This document shows positions 36,301-48,163 of a stretch of DNA of 64,000 bases, piece by piece. Both the position numbers and the translations under genes were made by a program. The notes beneath the pieces were generated by a model, which made no database searches, had not been told where the DNA came from, and saw only the letters and a list, made by a program, of their open reading frames with translations. Location: the NCBI GenBank assembly GCA_010909165.1, contig VJWM01000325.1, positions 1 to 64,000 on the forward strand. Reading direction: 5' to 3'. Numbering within the stretch: position 1 is the stretch's first letter; every line of letters begins with the position of its first letter. The DNA comes from Anthoceros angustus (taxonomy: Eukaryota > Plantae > Anthocerotophyta).

Positions 36301-39300
36301 TGAGATGGTGAGGCAAGAGTACCCACAACATTCCACCGAAGTAGTCGCGAGTTCAGGCTTTCGAGGAAAGGTATGTTATCATACTCTCTGTTTCTTAGAA
36401 CTTTATAGTGCAGGCGGGAGGAGGAGGGAGGCGCGGCATGCGCCCTCCTCCTCCTCACTCCGCTTGGGCGCCCGGCATGCGCCCGGCATGCGCCCGGCAT
36501 GCGCCCGGCATGCGCCCTCCTCCTGTGCAGGCGGGAGGAGGAGGGAGGCGCGGCATGCGGCGCCCACCGGTCTAGATGCAGGCCCTAAGTGCGGGGAGGC
36601 GCGGCATGCCGGCGCCCTCCTCAACATTGACTGTTGACAAGCATCCTGTTTTTGTGCAGCAACAAAGACATTGAAGTCCTTACCAAGTGCCCGAAAACTT
36701 TCAGGTTCATTTATGAGGTCAACACTTGGAAGGGCTTGGAGGATGAGCGAGCTCGCGATAGAGACATAGAAGAGGATTGTTGCAATTCACATCCCATCGG
36801 AGAAAAAATGCGATGTCAGTTCATGCTCGAGATGTGCGGGATATGCGAGGTTTTGTGAGGAAGAGGAGTTACTCTTTGCTTGTGATGGATGTCCCACGTG
36901 GATTCGAGAAGGGCCCAAAGGATGGAAGGTTTGATATTTGGCAAGTTGGTAATGTTTTGCATTCCTTCCATGACTTGAATCAGCGATTCGGGATGATCAT
37001 AATGCATGGTGTGGAAGATTCACATATTGTGCGAGCCTATGCGGAAGTGGTGCGGAGGGTGGTCTTGTTTCATTTGTGTGGGACAAGACAAATGTCAACA
37101 ACGACAAGGGTGGGTTTGATACGGTGGAGTATGTCACCGTCGGGTGAAGAAAAGCTCGAGTTCGGTGTCATGTTACCTAATGTTTTGCGGCAATGCAACA
37201 TTTGGCGGACATATCACCGATGAAGAGCGTTTCAAATGGATAGAGGCACATGTGTATTGTGGTGACCACGAAATGAGGGTTTTGGCGGATCACAATACAA
37301 TGTCGACAAGCGGCGGAAGATGTCATTCATAGAGCAAGTAAGATATCTCGAGAGATGAAGCTTATAGCCAAGCGGGATGGCGTGCATATGTCCATGAATT
37401 GGAAGTTCAACGTATAAGGTATTGGGTCTTATCGAAGATGATGAAGGACGGAAGATGATGCCTACAAAGCAGAACAAGGTTGACACAGGCGCACATCTTG
37501 TGCATAGCGAAGTTGGAAGGAAGGGTATGGGAGAATGTGGACAAAATTTTTGCAAAGTGGGAGGCTTGTGACTTTGGAACATAAGAAACATGTGGCGGAG
37601 GATTGAGCAAAAGAGCAAAGGCAAGCGGAAGCGTGGAAGAAACGAAACAAGTTGAGGTATATTGGTGAAGCCCAAGGAGATGCAGACAAAGCCATGGCGT
37701 TGCTTTCAAGGTATTCTGCGGGGAGGCGGGCAGCAAATGCTTATTAGTGCCAGAAAGTTCTCACCGGCCTTATGGATTTGAAGGAATGTCGGATGAAATT
37801 ATATTGCGCAAGAAATTGCATATCATCCAAGTGGCCATGGCGAAGCACTTAGGATGTTCATCTTTTGAGATGGTGAGGCAAGAGTACCCACAACATTCCA
37901 CCGAAGTAGTCGCAGTTCAGGCTTTCGAGGAAAGGTATGTTATCATACTCTCTTGTTTCTTAGAACTTTATAGTGCAGGCGGGAGGAGGAGGAGGGCGGC
38001 ATGCGCCCTCCTCCTCCTCTGTTGTCCGCTTGGGGGCGCCGGCATGCCGGCGCCCCTGCTGGGCGCCCCGGAGCTGGGGGTGGGCGCCGGCATGCCCCCA
38101 GAGGGGGGAGGAGGAGGCGCCGGCATGCGGCGCCCAGTCTAGATGCCAGGCCCTAAGTGCGGGGAGGCGCCGGCATGCGCCCTCCGCATGACTAATATTG
38201 ACAAGCATCCTGTTTTTTGTGCAGCAACAAAAAGACATTGAAGTCCTTACCAAGTGCCCCGAAAACTTTCAACAGTTCATTTATGAGGTCAACACTTGGA
38301 AGGGCTTGGAGGATGAGCAGCGAGAGTCGCAGACAGAGACATTGAAGAGGGATTGTTGCAATTCACTGTCCCACAGTCGGAGAAAAAAGTACAGTATCAG
38401 ATTCATGCTCGAGATGTGCAGGATATGCGAGGTTTTGTGAGGAAGAGGAGTTACTCTTTGCTTGTGATGGATGTCCCACGTGGATTCGAGAAGGGCCCAA
38501 AGGATGGAAGGTTTGATATTTGGCAAGTTGGTAATGTTTTGCATTCCTTCCATGACTTGTTGAATCAGCGATTCGGGATGATCATAATGCATGGTGTGGA
38601 AGATTCACATATTGTGCGAGCCTATGCGGAAGTGGTGCGGAGGGTGGTCTTGTTTCATTTGTGTGGGACAAGACAAATGTCAACGACAAGGGTGGGTTTG
38701 ATACGGTGGAGTATGTCACCTTTGTCGGGTGAAGAAAAGCTCGAGTTGCGGTCATCATGTTACCTAATGTTTTGCAGGGCACTTTCAATAATGGTCGGTC
38801 GGTGATTGCCCACCATACAGTTGTGAAAAAGCTGGTTTATCATTCACTTGACAAACTTGTTGTCTGTCCCTACCAGCGGCCTTTAGGTTTGATGATGAAG
38901 CTTATCAAGACATTCTCCAAGGAAGGGGACTGGATATTGGATGCATGTGCAGGTAGTGGGTCATCTTTAATGGCTGCCTTGTTGTCTGGCCGAAATTGTA
39001 TTTCTATCGAGGCAGACAAGAGGTGTGCAGAATTCATTCCACAGCGTGTACATGGATATGAAGTACTGCCGGATGCGGAGGAGGAGCTGACACATGAGCC
39101 GCATCGTCGTGGTCCATCTCAATTCTGGGCCAAGGAGGTTTGCGTCAGCGAGAAGGATATTGGGAAGGCTCAAATTGTGCCTCTAGGGTCGAAGCGAATG
39201 AAAGAAGGTGGAGACCACAGCCGATGAGGGGCACAGACACTAGAGGTCAGATGGCACATGCCTCCGGGTTGACGGGAAGGAAGACGACGACGCCAGCGGC

Positions 39301-40690
39301 GATGATGGTATTGACTCTTTCGGAGAGATGAAGAGCGTCGAGAAACGCCACCGTAGTTCACGATAGTGAAGCCGGTTTGTGTGCGCTTGAATCTGATCGA
39401 ACTTCCTTAGGTGGCTAGAACGTTTTCCTTGTCGTAATCGGCGTATGGGCCGTTGTCTTTGGAGTGGATGACACGCCGGATCTTCTAGTAGCAAGTTGTT
39501 CTGTCCGCCATGAGGCCGCTTTTGAATACATCCGAGACGCACTCTACTTATAATCGAGCATTGCCGCTTGTCCGCAAGCATCCTGTTTTGTGCAGCAACA
39601 AAGACATTGAAGTCCTTACCAAGTGCCCGAAAACTTTCAGGTTCATTTATGAGGTCAACACTTGGAAGGGCTTGGAGGATGACGGCCATGAGATAGAGAC
39701 ATTAGAAGATTGTTGCAATTCACATCCCGTCGGAGAAAAAGACGATGTCAGTTCATGCTCGAGATATGGGATATGCGAGGTTTTGTGAGGAAGAGGAGTT
39801 ACTCTTTGCTTGTGATGGATGTCCACGTGGATTCGAGAAGGGCCCAAAGGATGGAAGGTTTGATATTTGGCAAGTTGGTAATGTTTTGCATTCCTTCCAT
39901 GACTTGTTGAATCAGCGATTCGGGATGATCATAATGCATGGTGTGGAAGATTCACATATTGTGCGAGCCTATGCGGAAGTGGTGCGGAGGGTGGTCTTGT
40001 TTCATTTGTGTGGGACAAGACAAATGTCAACAACGACAAGGGTGGGTTTGATACGGTGGAGTATGTCCTTGTCGGGTGGGGAAATTTGAAGAAAAGCTTC
40101 GGTCATCATGTTACCTAATGTTTTTGAGGCACTTTCAATAATGGTCGGTCGGTGATTGCCCACCATACGATTGTGAAAAAGCTGGTTTATCATTCACTTG
40201 ACAAACTTGTTGTATCCCTACCTGACCTTTAGGTTTGATGATGAAGCTTATCAAGACATTCTCAAGGAAGGGGGATATTGGATGCATGTGCGGTAGTGGG
40301 TCATCTTTAATGGCTGCCTTGTTGTCGGCGAAATTGTATTTCTATCGAGGCGGAAGAGGTGTCGAAATTCATTCCACAGCGTGTACATGGATATGAAATC
40401 TTCGGATGCGGAGGAGGAGGCGACACATGAGCCGCATCGTGGTGGTCCATCTCAATTAGGCCAAGGAGGTTTGCGTCGTGAGAAGGATATTGGGAAGGCT
40501 CAAATTGTGCCTCTAGGCGAATGAAAGAAAGGTGGAGACCACATCGATGAGGGCAGACACTAGTGTATGGCACCTGACCTCACGAAGTTGACGGGAAGGA
40601 AGGCAGCAGCGCCCGGCGATGATGGCGTGACTCTTTCGGAGGCAGATGAAGAGCGTCGAGAAAGCGTCCGTAGTTCACGATAGTGAAGCC
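33352..40690 (+). CDS. ParB/Srx-like domain + beta-class (N6_N4_Mtase-like) DNA methyltransferase fusion, paralog A; internal segments repeated 2-3 times
   Basis: QIRRVDEAWTNYLARVIGKGRVEEGVLPLLCMID; VLGGNHTFAA (34461-34484); HNTMS...MSFIEQVRYL; motif IV LLVMDVPRG (38470-38484); PYQRPLGLMMKLIKTFSKEGDWILDACAGSGSSLMAALLSGRNCISIEAD (38870-39015). Extra copies at 35420-36600, 37187-38160 and 39575-40690. Confidence 0.85.
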
Positions 40691-41331
40691 GGTTTGTGTG
40701 CGGTTGAATCTTCGGACCTGAACTTCCTTAGGTGGCTAGAACGTTTTCCTGTTCGTACCTTTGTATCGTATGGGCGTTGTCTTTGGAGTGGATGACACGC
40801 GGATCTTCTAGTAACAAGTTGTTACGTATGCGGCCATGAGGCGTTTTGAATACATCGGCGGACGCACTCTACTTATAAGCGAGCATTGCCGCTTGTCCAC
40901 AAGCATCCACGCACCTTGGCACCTTCATTGTGCACTTTGGACACGAATTCAAATCTCAAGCACAATGATTGCTGGCACGCATGTGCTCAAGAGACGTGTT
41001 TGGAGTGAATTAGTAATCGTATGAAAAGTACCTGTATAATTTTTCCATAACCGGCGTACATTATTCCGCCGGTATGAATATTATCGTGTTAAGAATATCT
41101 GCAGGGTTCTGGCTGGTGTGAACCTTGACAAGTTGGACCCTCAACAGAGTCCGCGCAATATCGGCGGATTCTTGAAAGCCTCTTTTGCGCTTTGGGCGGA
41201 GGTTGCCACCCCTTTCTCATATCATGCAAAACACGTGTTTTAAAGAGATGTGCTTAATGGCGAGTTCCACTTAGAACAATGTAAGTAAAATCGAGGTTTT
41301 TCCATGTATGCACACTTTTGTTTGATGCGTC

Positions 41332-44300
41332 GTGCACCCTTCCGAGACTTACTGGGAAAGGCGAGTGCGGCACTATGGGTCCAAAACACGTAATATGCAT
41401 TCAAATCAAAGTCGGGCATTTTCCACGAAGGGTCAAAACGGAATTATACGGTCAGCGGACGAGCCCCTCATCTACAAGTCCACAGCTACCCAAAGGGTCA
41501 TCTACTTCAACCAAATTGAGCTCCGAATCGCACCGTTTCTACATTTTCCAAATCCACCTTTCCGTGTCACCAAAGTCATCACGCCTTCAACGAAAGCAGA
41601 GCCTCTGTTATGCCTGGTAGTGTGCCGTTTTCATCCCATATTGTCAATGCCGGTTGGTCTTCAACCGGCCGGTCGTCACAGTGCGGAGTCCTTCATTCGA
41701 CCCTTCTTTCCAAGCAAGCTATACACTTGCATTTTCACATCAATGCCTCCGTCGCATGCATCTCCTTTGCCCAAAACTTGCCAAGGCCCCGCGAAAACTT
41801 ATCTTTTGTTATTTCTTCGAACTCGTCCAGCAGCCGCTTCAACCCGTTCACTCTTTGCGACATATACATTGAGCATCGTGCGTCTTTGTCAATGGCCACA
41901 ACGTTCCTTTTCCGCTGAATACCTACCACCAAAAATGACCCTGATCCTGCACATGCGTCAACAATCCAGTCGTCTTCGTTGGAGAACATGTTCACCAACA
42001 TGCCTAATAAGCCCACGGGTTTACGATGTAGCGTCGACCATCTTATCACCGATGTGGTAAATCGACTTCTTCACCACGGTCCATGTCGGATAACTCTTGG
42101 CACTTTGATGTCTTTGCGGAAAAGAGGAGCTTTTCCGACATTGGACTCTGTCCTCACTGCGCTTCCCTCAAATATTCCACTTTTGTTTCCACGGCTGATT
42201 AGGTGGGATGTTGGTTTTCTCCCATACCGAGTTTGTATGACTCCTTTCACCGCACCAAGACCTCAAAGCCTCCACGGCTTGAATCACCCCATCCACCCCA
42301 TGCATAAGAATTATCCTAACACATCGTGGTCTTCTCGTTGAAAGAGCGATGATCTCTTTCAATTCTTCTTCAACGAAAGCCTTGTCATTCTCATGCCCGT
42401 AAACCTCGAGGAGGTCGCAGAAAAGAAGAGTATACCTCCTCGGCAAAAATCCTTTCATATCCAAAATGTCTCGATGCACCACCGATATGCCACTTTTGTC
42501 CAAGACCTGCACTCAAACCGCCACATCCATGTCCTTGTCGGCCATTTGTTTTCGCTCTTCTTCCATCCGTTTCGATTCGCGCTATAAACAAAATCTTGGA
42601 AAGGTTTTGGCGCTTTCCAAATCCACGCCTTTCCGTGTCACCAAAGTCATCACCTTCAACTGCAAAGCGAAGCGTGAGCCTCTGTTGCGGTGGTAGTGTG
42701 CCGTTTTCATCCCATATTGTCAATGCCGGTTGGTCTTCAACGGCGGTCGTCACAGGTCTGCGGAGTCCTTCATTCGACCCTTCTTTCCAAGCAAGCTATA
42801 CACTTGCATTTTCTGTCAATGCCTCCGTGCACACGGATCTCCTTTGCCCAAAACTTGCGGGCCCATGGCTTATCTGTTGTTATTTCTTGAACTCGTCCGG
42901 CCGCTCCAACCCGTTCACTCGTTGTGACATATACATTGAGCATCGTGCGTCTTTGTCAATGGCCACAACGTTCCTTTTCCGTTGAATCCGGCCACCAAAA
43001 TGATCCCGATCACGCGCGTCAACAATCCGATCGTCTTCGTTGGAGAACATGTTCACCAACATGCCTAATAAGCCCACGGGTTTACGATATGGCGTCGACC
43101 ATCTTATCACCGATGTGGTAAATCGCTTCTTCACCACGGTCCATGTCGGATAACTCTTGGCACTGTTTGATGTCTTTGCGGAAAAGAGGAGCTTTTCCGA
43201 CATTGGACTCTGTCCTCACTGCGCTTCCCTCAAATATTCCACTTTCACACCACTTGGGATGTTGGTTTTCTACCATGACTCCTTTTCCGCACCAAGACCT
43301 CAAAGCCTCCACGGCTTGAATCACCCCATCCACCCCATGCATAAGAATTATCACATCTCGTGGTCTTCTCGTTGAAAGAGCGATGATCTCTTTCAATTCT
43401 TCTTCAACGAAAGCCTTGTCATTCTCATGCATGTAAACCTCGAGGAGGTCGCAGAAAAGAAGAGTATACCTCCTCGGTGGCAAAAATCCTTTCATATCCA
43501 AAATGTCTCGATGCACCACGATATGCCACTTTGTCCAAGACCCACTCTGGCTGCCAGCATCCATGTCCTTGTCGGCCATTTGTTTTCGCTCTTCTTCCAT
43601 CCGTTTCGATTCGCGCGCTATAAACAAAATCTTGGAAAGGTTTTGGCGAGCTTTCAAATCCTCAATGTCTCCCGGTTTACGCAAGCAGCGGTGGTCGAAA
43701 CAACTCATTGACAGAGTGGAGGCGCGGTCACCGCGCACTGGTGCGCGCGCCCACGACCCGCTGGAGGTCGGCGCACTCCGCGCGCGCCGGCACCATGCCC
43801 CGAGGCGGCCGGGCCGCACGCTGAGCCGGCCGACCGGGCGACTTCGCCTACCACGGAAACAACAAGAGTGCGCGGCCACCGGCGATTGCAAGCGCCACCG
43901 ACCGCGACTCAACGAATACACTCACTTACCACTTTCGCAAAAGTCGTTGAAACTTCGCCAATTCCTTGGCCCTTGTGATGTTTAAACTGCTTACCAAGGT
44001 GGCACACTTCATAGCCTTCGAAGGCATGCTCGATAAGGTTAATCTTCTTCCTGCCAACATCGTATCCATATCTTTTAGCTGCGTTCCTTGGATGACCTTC
44101 GGTCACGCTATCAACATCTCTCACCTTCTCGTCCTTCGGGACTCCTTGGAATGCTCTCCATGCCCTTCCGAGCATTGGAGCCGGACGAGGGGGGGGGTCA
44201 GTTAAGGACTGGCTGCCTGTTGTAGTTGGGTCTTGTGGCTTCGCGCGCCGCCTGCTGCCCCGACAGGCTGCTCGCCCGCCTGAGTTCGTGCACTTCTCCC

Positions 44301-45487
44301 ACATTTGGAAAATCGTGTCCACGTTTTCCCATAATTTACCCCCTTGCACCTCGCAATCCTCAACGGCAGAGTCTTCCTCCACCATCTTCTCATACATAAT
44401 CGTGTCCTTGAGTTTCCAGCCTCCAAAGATCCCCAAAGAACTTGTACACATTGAACTTCCACCGCATGGTTTTCCATCGGTGTGTCCGGTGCCAAATCTC
44501 AAGCTCATCATGTATGTAGCGACTTGTTCAATAAAACCAAGCTTCTTCCTCTTGTCGCATACACATTGTGATCCACACCGCATTTCTTCCTCTCAAGCTC
44601 ATATACATGGCCTCGAGCCATTGAAATTTATCTTCCGCGGATACATTTCGCATGGTCTGCATGGCGGCATAGCAATGGTTCCCTCCCAGCACCCCTAGGG
44701 TGTAATGCTGGGCTCTGATCTCCTCCGGGTCTGCATCTTCCTTTTTCAAGCACTGTGCTGGATCAATCATGCACAAAAGTGGGAGCGTCCCTTCCTTCAC
44801 AGGACCTGTCTGCATCTGTCGAACAAGGCACTTCATCCATGCCTCATCCACCTTCCTTATCTGAGCATCTGCCGTTAGAAATGAAGCAGGACGTAGTACC
44901 GAAATGTGAATGTCGAATGTTGTGGTTTGCACCCGCTTCTTGTAGGCCCGACGAACCATCTCCGAGATAGTCATCCTCCTGCGAAGGAGCTCCATGCTCG
45001 CATCCGTGGTCGCCCGCAACGGCTTCCTCTGCATGCTTCCTCGACTTCCTTAATTTTTCCGCCTCGCCCACCTCTTCTCCATCACCACCGAGATCTTGCC
45101 TTCCTCTTCGCTTGATTGGTGTGCTCGCATGGAAATCAAAACAAGATGCTTCAATTCTTACATGCGTTCATGGAGGCGACGGGCGTTAGGAGCATTCTTA
45201 CCAGCCATTCGCCTTCTCATCTTCACCGGAGACTGACAGGATTCCCTTCTTCTTCTTTCTGCGGCCGCTGCCACGGGTCCTTCGGACGAGGAGGGTCACC
45301 TCCTCCTCAAAAGCCTCGATTCAAGACCCCGAGGCTGGACATGTTGCGAGCCATGGACAGCCTCGCCTGTGCTCGCCTCCGGATCGGACCGAGGCGAGGC
45401 GCTCCTCCTCTTCCGGAGAGCTCGGCTCGGCACCGGAACCTCGTCCTCCTCCATCTCCGGTTGCATAATCCGGGCATCGTTCGACAC
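41332..45487 (-). CDS. ParB/Srx-like + beta-class DNA methyltransferase fusion, paralog B; MTase part duplicated (~41560-42600, ~42620-43660)
   Basis: QIRKVDEAWMKCLVRQMQTGPVKEGTLPLLCMIDP; VLGGNHCYAA (44664-44693); LGFIEQVATY; RYTLLFCDL(PRG); RKPVGLLGMLVNMFSNEDDWIVDACAGSGSFLVVGIQRKRNVVAIDKD. Confidence 0.85.
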
Positions 45488-45689
45488 AACCCACGCCCGC
45501 CTGAGCGCGCGCGTGCGTCGACCGCCCGCCGCCGATCACCGCGTCGATCACTACACTGTTCTTGACCCTTCAACGTGAGGAGTAGAACGCAAAATTGTTC
45601 TCCCCTGCTCATTTTAAAGAGGAAAACAATGAGTATACCGATGCGAAACCCTAGCGAAAATGGGAAGTGATACATGACATATACAACCG

Positions 45690-46190
45690 ACTTACATCTT
45701 GAACACTTTTGGAATCACGCAAGGCCGATTTCAACTGGGCGCTCACAACGAGGCATTATCTTGGCAGCATCCATTATCAGCAGGAGATGTGTGTTGATGT
45801 CATCGTTTATGTGCAAATGAGGTTTCTTGGTGACCAAAAACTGTATGTGCATATCTTCGCCCATTCCGTCAACTGTTGCACATAGAATCCATCCAGCTCT
45901 TGCCTGGGAATCCCCCTCAATACCATTGTAACCGTTAATCCATAAGGCCAATAGTGGAATCCAAGGCAGCCCTGGATCTTCGGGTTCTTCTTCTGCAACA
46001 ACGCTCCACTCTTTGTTATGTTGTACCGCGGAAGAGAATCCGGAGCTTTTTCACGGCTGCTCCACAAAGTTAAAAGCATGAGGAATCGCGATGTGCATTT
46101 CCACCGAGGTTGGTGCTCCTCACCGGCCATCAATGTCTTCATATCCTCTCCGTTGAGTACCCTTTGAGGTGGACGTCCGGACACTACCAT
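45690..46190 (-). CDS. Unknown ORF3-B (TKKPH-motif protein), upstream of and co-oriented with paralog B
   Basis: Frameshifted translation ...PWIPLLALWINGYNGIEGDSQARAGWILCATVDGMGEDMHIQFLVTKKPHLHIND...KCSR followed by a gtaagt donor. Confidence 0.45.
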
Positions 46191-46199
46191 GAGAGGATT

Positions 46200-48100
46200 C
46201 TCTCAATTGCATAATAGCGGGTGGGGTTCTGTTACCACATTCGCGATCCGCATCCCCTCATCCGTGCGCCCTTGCGGCGATCCTCGCTCTGCACCGCCAT
46301 CGCATTTTTCCGCCGCTTCACGCGTGGCGCCCAACGCATCGATCTGCATGCTTATTGCTCCGTGGCGTCCTCGCGATCACCATCCCGCAATCTTCAAAAC
46401 CTGCGGGAAGTTGGCGGGAGGAAGTAAGAGAATTGATCCGGACTCTCGAACTCTTGATGAAAAGGAGAGGCTCGAGCTTACGTGGAAATGAAATATGGAT
46501 GTTGAAGCGCATCAAGCGGGATTACGATAAAGCCTTAACACTAGTTACGCTAAAGGCTCAAGTAGTAGCAACGTAGGTTCACGAACACGGTCATCATTCA
46601 TTTTAACCTCAAATGCCTAAAATAGGCCCATTACAAATTCGATGCATCCACCTCATCTTATGCCATCATTTTCTAAGGATGTGCACTCTCATTCAAGGTC
46701 CATCGAATACGCCATCACCCATCAGAACCGCAATTATAAATCATCCAACACCACGTACCACCTTATGTCACATGTCTATAATTGTGGGTGTGACTTTGAT
46801 CTTGATTCAAAGTGCGTTCTTCCTCGCATGCAGTAGCTCTTGAAAATTTGCCGATGTTGAAGCGGTGGAAGGAGTTCTTGAAGTCAAAGGACTTGGATGC
46901 TATCGGTAACGCGATTCCTCCCGATATGCAACACTGAGAGGCATGCGTGGCGGCGCCTCCAGCGGGGGTCGATCTGCATGCTTATTGCTCCGTGGCGTCC
47001 TCGCGATCACCATCCGCAATCTTCAAAACCTGCGGGAAGTTGGCGGGAGGAAGTAAGAGAATTGATCCGGACTCTCGAACTCTTGATGAAAAGGAGGCTC
47101 GAGCTTACGTGGAAATGAAATATGGATGTTGAAGCGCATCAACGGGATTACGATAAAGCCTTAACACACTAGTTACGCTACTCAAGTAGTAGCAGTAGGT
47201 TCACGAACACGGTCATCATTCATTTAACCTCAAATGCCTAAAATAGGCCCATTACAAATTCGATGCATCCACCTCATCTTATGCCATCATTTTCTAAGAA
47301 GTGCACTCTCATTCAAGGTCCATCGATTTAATGAATTCGCCCGTCCATCATCGACCGCTTATAAATCATCCAACACCACGGTACCACCTTATGTCACATG
47401 TCTATAATTGTGGGTGTGACTTTGATCTTGATTCAAAGTGCGTTCTTCCCTCGCATGCAGGTAGCTCTTGAAAATTTGCCGATGTTGAAGCGGTGGAAGG
47501 AGTTCTTGAAGTCAAAGGACTTGGATGCTATCGGTCGGCGAGCGAGATTCCTCGATATGCAACACTACTGCGCGTCGGTCGAGGCATCAAAGGAAGCGCA
47601 AGCACTATTTGCATATTGACATTCCATCCACCGAGATGTGTATCATTTGAACTACGGTCGAGGCATCAACGTTGAAATGCCTATCGGCTCAAGGTATTCA
47701 AGATGAAGAGGAGAACTAGATGAAGGTACGTGCAAACTCGCGGAAATCGATTGCATTCCAAAGGCTCTTGTGAACATGATTCCGGATGTGTTATCAGACT
47801 GCGGTGCACGGCCTCCACCACTTCGCACGCGATAAGCGCATCCATTCCAAAGACACCGCCTGTTCAAGATGAAGAGGAGAACTAGATGAAGGTCGTCGTG
47901 CAAACTCGTGCGAAATCGATTGCATTCAAAGGCTCTTGAACATGATTCCGGATGTGTGTTATTCGTCTGCGGTGCACGGCCTCCACCACTTCCACGCGAT
48001 AAGCGCATCCATTCCAAGACACCGCCCGTTTCGGTATGTTGGATTCCATTCACGGAAGTCCTTCTCCGCCAGAGCTCGCCGTACATCCCGACCATCCGCA
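46200..48100 (+). other. Unassigned spliced coding-like region upstream of transposase 2, partly duplicated (46340-46900 vs 46960-47520)
   Basis: Coding-like frames (SWREEVRELIRTLELLMKR; LENLPMLKRWKEFLKSKDLDAIG; EIDCIPKALVNMIPDV) with gtaggt donors and atgcag acceptors. No family recognised. Confidence 0.3.
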
Positions 48101-48163
48101 AGACTACTCCTCCGGAAGTGCTCCACGACGACACACCCGGATATGGCGCTTCCGTTGGGGTGA

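Noticed and set aside
26239-41304. Candidate terminal inverted repeat TGGAAAAACC (~26240) / GGTTTTTCCA (~41295)
   Set aside because: Only 10 bp, it does not extend, and there is no TSD; such a match is expected by chance.
33352-45487. Bacterial contamination as the source of the ParB-MTase genes
   Set aside because: The genes have GT-AG introns and lie among eukaryotic transposases and copia elements contiguous with plant genes.
45690-45720. Apparent MYND-finger start (KCSRCKSVVY) at the end of ORF3-B
   Set aside because: The second Cys overlaps a gtaagt splice donor and no further MYND residues follow.
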